From Tubulanus polymorphus (Eukaryota > Animalia > Nemertea), in NCBI RefSeq assembly GCF_964204645.1, contig NC_134030.1:14006656-14070655 (forward strand): 64,000 bases of DNA, written 5' to 3'. The notes below the pieces were generated by a model that saw only the letters and a program-made list of their open reading frames with translations, was not told where the DNA came from and ran no database searches. Numbering within the stretch: the stretch's first letter is position 1; each line of letters opens with the position of its first letter. A program made the translations under genes and the position numbers. Of the stretch, positions 38,735 through 50,013 are shown in pieces.

Positions 38735-40020
38735 TAAACGCATTTCAGTGACAATGGCATGATTTAATTTTTTTGTAAACAGAGATGTGAAAATAACTCT
38801 ACAATATGCTTAAAACGGTTGCTTACTACAAATTACCATATTCCTTAACTTTGGCCCCAAAATACTGCACTTATGAAAATCGATATAATATTTGGATTTC
38901 ACCTGAAATATTGTTTTCTTAAAGTACTCTAATGAAGTAATCTTATTATATGGATAGTTCTCGAGGAATGGATTATAAGCAATATTTATTCAATTATGGA
39001 TAACCGTGACGGAGATGAATGGGTTCGTGGCGCCATATGTTATAGTGACGTCATAGAGGTCAGTTAATGGTCATTCAGCACTGCTGAGCAATGTAAGTGA
39101 AAGAGTTTTATCTGAAATTACAAAAAAATAGTATTTGTTGCATGAAACTCTGAAACAAAAATATTGTGAAGTACTAACTACAAGTTTTCACATACAGCGG
39201 AGAATGACCCTGTAATACTTAGGAAGAAATCTTTAGTGTAAAACATATAAAACTATTGAAGCCATGAGATTTAATGTAGAAATCTGACTTTTTTTAACTC
39301 AAGAAAAATCTATTCTCGTGTAATCGATAAAACAATAGGCTCTCAATATGTAATCAACGTTCCCAAACTCCCACGTTGTTTTTCGCAGAAAATGTTTTTT
39401 TTTTAAATTTAATCACGGGTCCCTTAATTCGCTCGAAGGTCTATCATATTTTGGGTGATTTTCTTTGGTCACGCCACCGGGTGCCTTCCTTCAGCAAAAC
39501 CTACATTTTTTACAATGTTGAACTTGGAAACAAATTTCTTGTGTAAAACATAAACTGTTAAAGCCGTTCGTAGAACATATCTGACGATACAGAAAGATTT
39601 ATTGTCGTATGAAAGATAAAACAAGCAAGGCTTTCAATTTGTAATCAACTCTCCCAAAGCATGTTTTTTTTTCGCAAAAAGGAATTCCTTTTCCATACAT
39701 GTATTTATTTGATCACGGCGAATCTTCGCTTGAATAGATCTTCGACATCTTGGGTGATTTTCTTTCGCCACGGCACACCGAACACGTGCCCCCGCAAAAC
39801 CTATGTTTTTTTACAACGTAGAATTCTATATAAATTGCCGAAAGGGCACTCGCCTTTATTTAATTCATTAAAACTCTGGCTGTGCGCTTCACCAAGTTTC
39901 GACTTTGACATATTAATAAGCGCACAGCGAGCGCCGAAGGCGCGAGCTGGAAGCGCAGCTCCTTAAGTTAATCGCGCGTATGAGGCAAATTCAAATTTTC
40001 TATATTTCTCCATACCGTCC

Positions 40021-41150
40021 GGGTCTGACTATTTCAGATGGCTGGGAGTCACCTTCATTTCGGTCTGCAAATTATACATTTAGACTTTACCTACGTATCT
40101 AAAATGGCGGACGATTCAACTTCATCTTCCGATCCGTCTTATTCTTGTCATAATTGTCATGATTTTATGGCGGTCTCAGCACTCATCAATGAACACGAAT
40201 TGAAGTCAAGAACTAAGTGGTGCGTCTGGTGGAAGGAAAAGATCTCTGAATATAGTGGTGGTATGTTTATCTTTGTCTATCTGAATCTAGTCAGTAGTCT
40301 TGTTAATTGTTTTCTGTTCTATCTATATAGGCCTATTGTACAGTATAATAACTTATAAGCTGATGAGTGTTGTGTTAAGAAAACACTTGTCGTGTGCAAC
40401 ATGCTTTTTTCTCTTTCACTTACTGCTTTTTGACTTAATGTTTTTGTCTAATACTCCATATAACATGTATATGATGTATTTTTGATAAAGATTATTGGGA
40501 TCATTACACAGCACAAATGTGGTGTCGATTAGTTCACATAAAAAATATGCTAATTATTTGAATATAGGAACATTTAAATCACCATATTTGTATATCAATG
40601 ACTTGTAATATTCACCATATTGTACTCAATGTCACCTAACATCATCTGCACCGTATGCACTATTAAAATGCTGTAAGGCCGTGTTGTAATCCAATTTTTT
40701 TTTTGTCAATCAGAACTATGTACATGTATATTTAAATTTTAAAATTGTGTAAGTGAGTGTGTGTGATTTATATCAGAACAATGTGGTGTTTATTCAAATT
40801 TAGAAATTTGTGAAATAAAAATGTTTGTATGGTACATATATGTTTATGGTTTTAGTTTATATTTTTCTTCAAGTTGAATGTAATTTGGGAGGACTTTTTA
40901 AGGAATTTCCTTTTGGAAAGCCGATCTCCTGATTGGAAATAAGTTTCTATTGGTCATTAATTTGAATTTCATTCAGACAAAAAATGAGAATTTTGTTTGA
41001 ACGAATTGCGCTGAAGGACCGAGTTCGTGGAACGATTTACGGGATTCGAACCCAGTGTATTGGGCTACGTTACATCGTAGGGGAAGTCTAAATGTATAAT
41101 TCGTTGACCGAAATGAAGGTGACTCCCAGCCATCTGAAATAGTCAGACCC
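40021..41150. mobile_element. MULE-like MITE
   Basis: ~65-bp TIRs GGGTCTGACTATTTCAGATGGCTGGGAGTC... 9-bp TSD ATACCGTCC (40012-40020, 41151-41159). Confidence 0.88.
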
Positions 41151-41237
41151 ATACCGTCCTTATCAAAAAGTGTAGTTTACATCCGGGACACATGGGCATT
41201 GGCTAAATCGCGGCGACGAAAATGACGGTCACGGACG

Positions 41238-43208
41238 TGTAGCGGATTTGGGTAGTAGCGTGGTCCAAATCCGTAGGCGTCCGCTACGGGGTCCGTCCCG
41301 GGTCACCTTACTTCGGGGAGTGAAGTAAAGAAGGAGCTGCCCTAAACTGCAGCTTCCCCGGGAAAAGGATTCATTCGTCAAAAATACTAAAAGTCGAGGA
41401 TTATCTGTTGTACGTAAAAAAGGTTTGTCAACTCCACTGTTGTTGCTCCTACTTTCCCCATGACTCCAGGTTATCTGGCCAGAATAACCACCCCCAGCCC
41501 CACCTCTTGATGGACCGCGTTCGGAGGATTTCACCATAAAAATATCCATCTAGGGCTCAGTCATGACTCCTTCCAAGTGCGTTCCGTTGCACAATATCGT
41601 CCCCCCGTACAATCTCGCAGGATATCTCGCAACAACTAGTCTAGACCTCACATATCTTCAACCTCACAGTCTCGAACTAATAAAAACAAAACCACGAATG
41701 ATGCGACTCTCCTCTCCTCATGTTCCTTCTTCAGACGTGCCCAGCTTTCAAAAACATAACAGACTCGCCATGTAGAAAATATATGTACAATAGCCATGTC
41801 ATTAGGCCATTTATTAGGTCGATAAATACAGCATCAACAGGACATTTCCATAGTACAGGACTATGAAAAAAATGCCTACAAACTGCTCTCAACCTCGCTC
41901 TAAGAGGTTTAACCAATTATTATAGATACATGTATTGCGAAAATCGCAATAAAATATCATGGTGACAGATGGAAATCGCAGTATCAGCTTCAATAGGCTA
42001 TCAAAGCTGGAGAGAAAGCGATTAAGTTCACCCAGCTTCAGAGTTGAAGCAAGGAATGCTTCAGATGCTTTGAAATAAGGATCTCAGGTAGAAAGCTTCA
42101 AATCATGCTTTCAGACGACTGCCAAAGTAACTATTCAGCTAGGCTGTATAAAATTCGTAATGAAGTTTGAAGCATCACAAAGCTGGAAAGCTTGATGCTT
42201 TAAGAAACGTGCTTCGCATCACAAAAGCTGAGATCTTTAGTCTATGTACACGATAATTCGAATCTTCTCTATCTACATGATAATTGTAGTTGAAGCATCT
42301 AAAAAATGAAAGCTTCAAAGCATCCTTCATGCTTCACGGGAACATGCTTCACCATAAAGTTATTTGATTCTATCTACAAACATACGATACTTCACATCGA
42401 TTATAGCTGAAGCATCTTAAAAGTGAAAGCTTCAAAGCATCATTGCTTCACCATAATAAAGTTGTTTCATTCCATCTACATGCGATACTTCATGACGATT
42501 AGTTGAAGCATCTCAAAGCATCTCAAAGCTGAATGCTTCAAAAGTAAGGGTCTGGAAAACGATTCCCATATGTCACCATCCATGACGAAATAGCTTATAA
42601 TACGCTGTCGTTAGAAATATAATTTAATTCTAACCATGTTCTATGCAATTGCTCATCGAATAAAGGTAGTCAGTCAGCCGATCTTCAAATAAATATCTTC
42701 AGTTTGCTTGCTTTATAACTTGACGTAAGTTGACAATCAAGTTGTTATTACTGAGCAGCCGAACTGTCACACTTATATAGAGGCGCGGCGTGACGTCACA
42801 ACAAAAACAAAGGCTCTAATTGGCCGAGAGACGCGAAGCATGACGTCACGCAACAACAAAAGCCGCGATTGGCTAGAAAAACACGTGCAGCGACGAGCGC
42901 ACAACAACAAAGGCTGTGGTTGGTTGAAAAACCGCAGCGAGGCTCAGCTCTGCACATAAATTATTGAAACACGGGAATCGAACCCGCACGGATAAATATT
43001 ATGAAAACCGCAAGAACTACGCGAATAGAAGTGAAAATAGAAGTCCCGCGACAGAAATAAAGGTAGATAAATCACTCAAATGTGAATCTATCCACCCCGC
43101 GCCTATATGGTTTAATTAATACAACGCGACAGGAAGGCAAATGAAGAGAGGGGAGGACACCGAAGCGAAAGAAAACAACAAATCAAATCAACATCAATTT
43201 TCGCTACA
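41238..43208 (-). repeat. 3' LTR of element C
   Basis: TGTAGCG...CGCTACA termini. Adjacent to the PPT AGAGGGGGGGGCAT. Confidence 0.95.
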
Positions 43209-43500
43209 ATGCCCCCCCCTCTAGCCCTTTGCCTGTACATAAAAGATAAAAGGCAATGGGCGAAAATGCCCAAGAAAATTGCCAAGAACACTACAAAATA
43301 CAAGAGAACGTCCGAATCCGATCTACGCACTAATTGAACACTAAAGCATACTAATTCTCTACTAATACTCTACTAATACTCTAACTCGTATACATATACT
43401 AACTATACTAATATATTACAATACTCACTAACAACGTAACCGTACTAATAAAGAAGATGAGATAAAACTATATAACGCGATAGAAAGAAGGTCTGGAAGA

Positions 43501-44361
43501 TCACTCTTCACGGCGACGTTGATGAATCTCCCGGCAGATGTTGCAGAGTTCGCACTCGATGTCGTGGGTCTTCGTAAATTCGGTCTTTATCTCTGACTCA
43601 AACATAACATGAGTGTGTAGCTTCTGTCCCGTCTTTTCGGCGAGTCGTTGAGAGAGTCCAGCTATGTCTCGGCACATCATACAGAATAAACATTGAGGTA
43701 AATCGTCTGGGTGGTGCATGATTTCGATAGTGGACATGTACATAGAATGTACATGTTTCTTGGCATTCGGATGATGATAAGTTAGTTCTGATGACGGAAT
43801 GACGGAGGGTTGAGGAATAATGACTGGCTTCTGTAATTCGGATGACGGAGTGGCAGCAGGTCGAGAAATGGTCGCAGGTTTGACGGCTGATGATGGAGTG
43901 GTAAACGGAAGTGAGGACGTAGCTAAAATATTGTCCATCACTGGATTCTTCGTGACGACACGACGTTCAGGCGTGACGGCTGCCTTCAGAGTTGATGGTT
44001 CGCCTCGCTTGGCTATCTCGGTCGCAACAAAATTCAAAAATGAGGTCTTCGGTGGCGGCGGACCTGACACATCTGGAAACACTGGCTCCGAAATAGACAC
44101 GTCGTCAATTGGTGCTAAATCATCTGATGTGATCAACTCCGAAATACTTCTACCAATAGTATTGTCACGATGCTTCTTCTTGATATGTGTGCGGGTGGTG
44201 TCATATGCTTTGGACGAGTAGTTGCAGATCTTGCATCGAAAACTTTCGTTCTCACGATCAGGGTTTTTATCGCATACTCGCAGATGTCTGCTTCGACTCG
44301 TCGATATAGAAAACCTGCCATTGCAGTACTTACATGACCATTTTTCAACTTCCGACTTCAT
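43501..44361 (-). CDS. ORF3 of element C: zinc-finger protein with duplicated C-terminal HxH...CxxCxxC module (286 aa)
   Basis: CKYC-x12-H-x3-C, CKIC-x12-H-x4-H, HVH...CLFCMMC and HTH...CELCNIC. ATG lies 4 nt after a CTAAT...TATTTTTATTTTCCAG acceptor. Confidence 0.88.
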   Translation of the reverse strand: MKSEVEKWSCKYCNGRFSISTSRSRHLRVCDKNPDRENESFRCKICNYSSKAYDTTRTHIKKKHRDNTIGRSISELITSDDLAPIDDVSISEPVFPDVSGPPPPKTSFLNFVATEIAKRGEPSTLKAAVTPERRVVTKNPVMDNILATSSLPFTTPSSAVKPATISRPAATPSSELQKPVIIPQPSVIPSSELTYHHPNAKKHVHSMYMSTIEIMHHPDDLPQCLFCMMCRDIAGLSQRLAEKTGQKLHTHVMFESEIKTEFTKTHDIECELCNICREIHQRRREE

Positions 44362-44418
44362 AGTACTGGAAAATAAAAATACATGCGAGTATTAATTAGC
44401 AGCCTGAATTGCTAAGGC

Positions 44419-44940
44419 TTATAAAAGCCATTCGCCGAAGCGATCTGGACGTCTCGTCTGTCGGCCTGAGGATGTTATGACCGGCTGTATAAATCTTGCA
44501 ATCGTAGTACTCCAGAAATCCATCCCTATAATGACTTGATTTGAAATCTCAGCTACTACAAATTCCCAGGGTGTCGGTTTGTTGAAAATATTAATATTGG
44601 CACAAACTTGACCAAAGACTTTAAGTGAAGTTCCATTAGCTGCGCATAAATTGAAATCGCACGTGGAAAGTGAATCGCGAGTAATGGCGTCGAGCGTGTT
44701 GAAAACATCGTGACTTAAAACAGAAATACAGGCTCCAGTGTCAATTAAACAATCGACCTGTCTGCCTATAAATCTACCCTCGACGATTATGTTCGAGTCT
44801 GCTTTGCCGAATCGTTTATCTGTAGGCCTAACGCTTAATTTGACTATTGGTTTATCGATTTCAGGATGAAGTGGTTTTGATGAGAGCTCTACTGTCTGGG
44901 CTGATTTGGCTCTCCTCGGACCAGCCGTTGTCCGTTTCCC
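44419..44940 (-). pseudogene. pol: pol remnant of element C: protease joined to the pol C-terminal tail
   Basis: From the slippery GGGAAAC (44940-44934) the frame reads ...VDCLIDTGACISVLS...VIIGMDF...TSSGRQTRRPDRFGEWLL*. The tail resembles TRSGR..RP at the end of pol in A and B. Confidence 0.85.
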
Positions 44941-44953
44941 TGACGATTTGAAT

Positions 44954-46732
44954 AAAGAAGTTTCCAGTTTCTAGGGGTCATTTTGTGGCGGTCCCTCAGG
45001 TCCCCATTGTTGCGATAATTTGCGCTCATTTTCGAAACATAAGTTTAGATTGAATATCTTATAGTTCTGCAGTCCCTTGCTCGATGAACTGAATTTATAT
45101 ACCATTTTGAAGGAAATGAAATGCAGATCTTTGTTAGTGATTCTTGGAATTTTTGAACGCTGCGATTGAGAACAGTAACGATATGAAACCAAGGACCGCA
45201 TATCTTAACCGCGCGTAAAGGGAATCGCGATATTTATTAATTTTGAAATATTTAAGTATATCTTGAAGCTTTATTTCCAATTTTCACAGAGGTTAAAGAG
45301 GGTTATTTGCAGTTTAGGCCTGTTTAAAAATTTTTTTAACATCTTTCCTGGGGACTGATCTGTACCCGCTTGAGTTTGAGATTACGCGCAAAAGGGGTCT
45401 TCCACTGCGCATTGCCATTTCACCGAACATTGAGATTTGCGAAAAGAAATCGAAAAAATAAGATTTTATACTGGTTTGATATCATTAATATTGCTTCTTA
45501 TGGTTATATATTACCTTTATTTTCGTATGATTAAAAATGGACGTTGAGTGCTTTGAGGAATTCGAGTTTTGTAGCGTTGGGAAATTGAAGGATTTCTTGT
45601 AAGAGTGGGGACGTTCTGTGTTGGTTTCAAAGGTGGCCTAGTTGAGAGCCTAATTTGCTTTTCAACAAAATGTACCACTCATGGATGGACACTAGAACAA
45701 AATCTAAGTTTTTATATATTTTTGAATATGTGGCGCAGCTTAAAGTAGCCCAACTGGACGTTGACCCCCTAAAACAGAATATCAAATGGGGGACAGGGCC
45801 CCTTTAAATACGAAATTGGAATTTTATATCAGCAAGGTTATCTGGTCGATGTTTTCCAGCAAGAAGGTTGAGATTCAGTAAATTCATCGTATGATCCCAG
45901 GATTAGGGATTACCAGATAGAGATATGTGAAATATGTGAGAAATATATGAGTATTGAAATATGTCCTAAGCGTTTAAATTGACTGGCACATTTCACCATC
46001 GACTCTAAAACGTTTTGGGCCCATGATTTCACCGAACACAAAATCGGCGCTAGGCTGGACGGGCTGCATGCGACAATTCCCCAATGGTCAGTTCACACTT
46101 CAATAGCGGGACAAACCGGATCCCGAAACCAGATTAACGAATTGCCCCCGCCAAAATACGGTACAAACAAGATATGGATTATAATCTCAAAATATCCCCA
46201 TGGAAATGTGAAGAAATCAAATTGTATTTAAATATTTCTTGTCGCAAATCTCAATGTTCAGTGAAATTGCAATGCGCAGTGGGAGACCCGTTTTGCGCGT
46301 AATCTCAAACTCAAGCGGGTACAGATCAGTCGTCAGCAAAGCTATTCAAAAGATTTTAACACTGGCTTAAACTGCAAATAACCCTCTTTAACCTCTATGA
46401 AAATAGGAAATTACAGCTTCAAGCTATACTTATATATTTCAAAATCAATAAATATTGCGATTTCTTTTACGCGCGGTTAAGATATGCGGTCCTTGGTTTC
46501 ACATCGTCACTGTTCTCAATTGTTGCATTCAAAAATTCCAAGAATCGCCAACAAATATCTGCATTTCATTTCCTTTAAAATGGTGTATAAATTAAGTTCA
46601 TCGAGCAAGGGACTGCAGAACTATGTGATATTCAATCTAAACTTATGTTTTAAAAATGAGCTCAAATTATCGCAACAGTGGGGACCTCGAGGAACCGCCA
46701 CAAAATGGCGCCTGGAAACTGGAAACTTCTTT
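44954..46732. mobile_element. Non-autonomous long-TIR DNA transposon, ISL2EU-like, inserted in gag of C
   Basis: ~500-bp TIRs starting AAAGAAGTTTCCAG. Flanked by AT/AT, and removal restores the gag frame (CRVSNSNRQGN). A decayed SAP-like peptide lies at ~45537-45650. Confidence 0.8.
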
Positions 46733-47710
46733 ATTGGAAACTCTACAGAATCGAGCAATGTGTCCCATCTCGCCGCAGTTATAACATTTGACGTCTTTCT
46801 TCTGTTCTCCGCGCCTAAACTGATCTCGGGGACCATTACCGTTCATCATTACGGTCTTCACCATGCTGCTGAGTTCTGACACTTGATGTTTCAACTCTCG
46901 AAGTTCACTGTGATCGTCGAGCTTAACCGAGTTAACATGGCCACGACTTCCTCGTTCACGGTCGTCTTCAAGCTTGGTAAAGCCTTCCAGCTCAACTGCC
47001 AATCGAACCAACTCATTTAGATTCTCGCACCTGCTTCTGAACAGCTGCATTCGCAAATCGCGGTCATCTAATGCGTCGATAAAATGGGTTCTGATCATTC
47101 GATCACGCTGACGAGAATCAAGGTCTGGATACGCTCTCGCTGATAACGTGGTAAGAGCTTGGGCTAACTCACGTAACGTCTCATTTCGTCTTCGTTTTCT
47201 ATTTCTAATCTCAGCCAAGAATAACTCTGCCTGATTTCCATAACCGAATCTACTGTCGAGTATTCTATTCAGTTCGTGATAATTGGAACGATCACATGCC
47301 GGGACTGCACACGCCAACTGTCGAGCAGGACCACGAAGTGATGCAAACAAGTAGTCTGCTTTCGTTTCATCGTTCCAACCATTAATTCGTGCCACCGTTT
47401 CGAAGACTTGACTGTAGTCTTGCCAGGGAGTTTCGTCAGAGTACAATTCGGGCTTCATCTTGCAGACACTAAAAGACGAATCTCGTTGATACGGTCGTAC
47501 GTCACTGGAAACTGGAACATGTTGAAATCTCTCGCGTTCATCCTCAGACGGTAGATCATGCAGCATATCACCAGCAGCTTCTCTGCGCATGACGACGGGT
47601 TCCATCATCACACGATTCTCTGATGGACTTGAACTGCGGGATCTCCGATGGTCACCATTTGAGCCACAGATCTCTTTATTTCTAACTATAGATCTCGTTT
47701 CCATTCTCAA
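46733..47710 (-). pseudogene. gag: gag of element C (interrupted after the CCHC knuckle; last codons at ~44890-44953)
   Basis: KPELYSDETPWQDY, DSRFG and CYNCGEMGHIARFC. Confidence 0.92.
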
Positions 47711-47902
47711 ACCTAATACGTTGATGTATACTTAAAATAATGGAAAGAAATCATCTATATGTGCATATACGTTTTCGAGTCAAGTTTCAAGATAGGCCTA
47801 GTTCATGACTATTGAACACCAGGCCCGATAACGAGTGTTTCTCGTCCGAAGCTGGGCACAAGCTGAATAGGAGGAACGTCGCATCATCGAAAAATATAAA
47901 TA

Positions 47903-47920
47903 ATCCCACCGCTGCCACCA
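47903..47920 (-). promoter_or_regulatory. Primer binding site, tRNA-Leu (element C)
   Basis: Same 18-mer as in A and B. Confidence 0.9.
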
Positions 47921-47923
47921 TTT

Positions 47924-49892
47924 TGTAGCGGATTTGGGTAGTAGCGTGGTCCAAATCCGTAGGCGTCCGCTACGGGGTCCGTCCCGGGTCACCTTACTTC
48001 GGGGAGTGAAGTAAAGAAGGAGCTGCCCTAAACTGCAGCTTCCCCGGGAAAAGGATTCATTCGTCAAAAATACTAAAAGTCGAGGATTATCTGTTGTAAA
48101 AAAGGTTTGTCAACTCCACTGTTGTTGCTCCTGCTTTCCCCATGACTCCAGGTTATCTGGCCAGAATAACCACCCCAGCCCCACCTCTTGATGGACCGCG
48201 TTCGGAGGATTTCATCATAAAAATATCCATCTAGGGCTCAGTCATGACTCCTTCCAAGTGCGTTCCGTTGCACAATATCGTCCCCCCGTACAATCTCGCA
48301 GGATATCTCGCAACAACTAGTCTAGACCTCACATATCTTCAACCTCACAGTCTCGAACTAATAAAAACAAAACCACGAATGATGCGACTCTTCTCTCCTC
48401 ATGTTCCTTCTTCAGACGTTCAAAAACATAACAGACTCGCCATGTAGAAAATATACGTACAATAGCCATGTCATTAGGCCATTTATTAGGTCGATAAATA
48501 CAGCATCAACAGGACATTTCCATAGTACAGGACCATGAAAAAAATGCATACAAACTGCTCTCAACCTCGCTCTAAGAGGTTTAACCAATTATTATAAATA
48601 CATGTATTGCGAAAATCGCAATAAAATATCATGGTGACAGATGGAAATCGCAGTATCAGCTTCAATAGGCTATCAAAGCTGGAGAGAAAGCGATTAAGTT
48701 CACCCAGCTTCAGAGTTGAAGCAAGGAATGCTTCAGATGCTTTGAAATAAGGATCTCAGGTAGAAAGCTTCAAATCATGCTTTCAGACGACTGCCAAAGT
48801 AACTATTCAGCTAGGCTGTATAAAATTCGTAATGAAGTTTGAAGCATCACAAAGCTGGAAAGCTTGATGCTTTAAGAAACGTGCTTCGCATCACAAAAGC
48901 TGAGATCTTTAGTCTATGTACACGATAATTCGAATCTTCTCTATCTACATGATAATTGTAGTTGAAGCATCTAAAAAATGAAAGCTTCAAAGCATCCTTC
49001 ATGCTTCACGGGAACATGCTTCACCATAAAGTTATTTGATTCTATCTACAAACATACGATACTTCACATCGATTATAGCTGAAGCATCTTAAAAGTGAAA
49101 GCTTCAAAGCATCATTGCTTCACCATAATAAAGTTGTTTCATTCCATCTACATGCGATACTTCATGACGATTAGTTGAAGCATCTCAAAGCATCTCAAAG
49201 CTGAATGCTTCAAAAGTAAGGGTCTGGAAAACGATTCCCATATGTCACCATCCATGACGAAATAGCTTATAATACGCTGTCGTTAGAAATATAATTTAAT
49301 TCTAACCATGTTCTATGCAATTGCTCACCGAATAAAGGTAGTCAGTCAGCCGATCTTCAAATAAATATCTTCAGTTTGCTTGCTTTATAACTTGACGTAA
49401 GTTGACAATCAAGTTGTTATTACTGAGCAGCCGAACTGTCACACTTATATAGAGGCGCGGCGTGACGTCACAACAAAAACAAAGGCTCTAATTGGCCGAG
49501 AGACGCGAAGCATGACGTCACGCAACAAAAAAAGCCGCGATTGGCTAGAAAAACACGTGCAGCGACGAGCGCACAACAACAAAGGCTGTGGTTGGTTGAA
49601 AAACCACAGCGAGGCTCAGCTCTGCACATAAATTATTGAACCACGGGAATCGAACCCGCACGGATAAATATTATGAAAACCGCAAGAACTACGCGAATAG
49701 AAGTGAAAATAGAAGTCCCGCGACAGAAATAAAGGTAGATAAATCACTCAAATGTGAATCTATCCACCCCGCGCCTATATGGTTTAATTAATACAACGCG
49801 ACATCGCATAAGAAAGGAAGGCAAATGAAGAGAGGGGAGGACACCGAAGCGAAAGAAAACAACAAATCAAATCAAAATCAATTTTCGCTACA
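47924..49892 (-). repeat. 5' LTR of element C
   Basis: Matches 41238-43208 apart from a few substitutions and small indels. Confidence 0.95.
49445..49600 (-). promoter_or_regulatory. LTR C promoter: repeated CCAAT/CRE units and TATA box
   Basis: TATATAA (49451-49445), TGACGTCA at 49463 and 49513, CCAAT at 49495 and 49544, arranged in ~50-bp repeated units. Confidence 0.7.
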
Positions 49893-50013
49893 GACGGACT
49901 TTCGTCGAAACTTGCGGGCCGCGTCGCGCGGGTAGTTTAAATACGTGAATGAAGGATAACAAAACGATTTTGTGTAATTTTCAGAATATTTACAAAGAAT
50001 ATTCACGAAATAT

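Larger units (their letters stand above)
41238..49892 (-). mobile_element. Ty3/gypsy element C, internally deleted (no RT/RH/IN), both LTRs intact
   Basis: LTRs 41238-43208 and 47924-49892 nearly identical. 4-bp TSD GACG. Leu PBS 47903-47920, PPT 43209-43224. Confidence 0.96.

Noticed and set aside
10824-40358. Repeated small ORF MADDSTSSSD... as a gene
   Set aside because: Both copies lie in the same MITE family and differ in frame at the 3' end, with no recognisable domain.
41985-42545. Heat-shock element array
   Set aside because: The spacing is mostly GAAnnnTTC or isolated half-sites, not contiguous nGAAnnTTCn units.
21516-44361. Host domestication of ORF3 because all three stay open while gag/pol are broken
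   Set aside because: With only 3-4 lesions per ~5 kb, a 0.8-1 kb ORF often escapes by chance. B has also lost a finger His.
41229-48447. Short ORFs within LTR C (41229, 41563, 47798, 48244)
   Set aside because: They are duplicated only because the LTR is. Indels between the LTRs change them, and they have no motifs.
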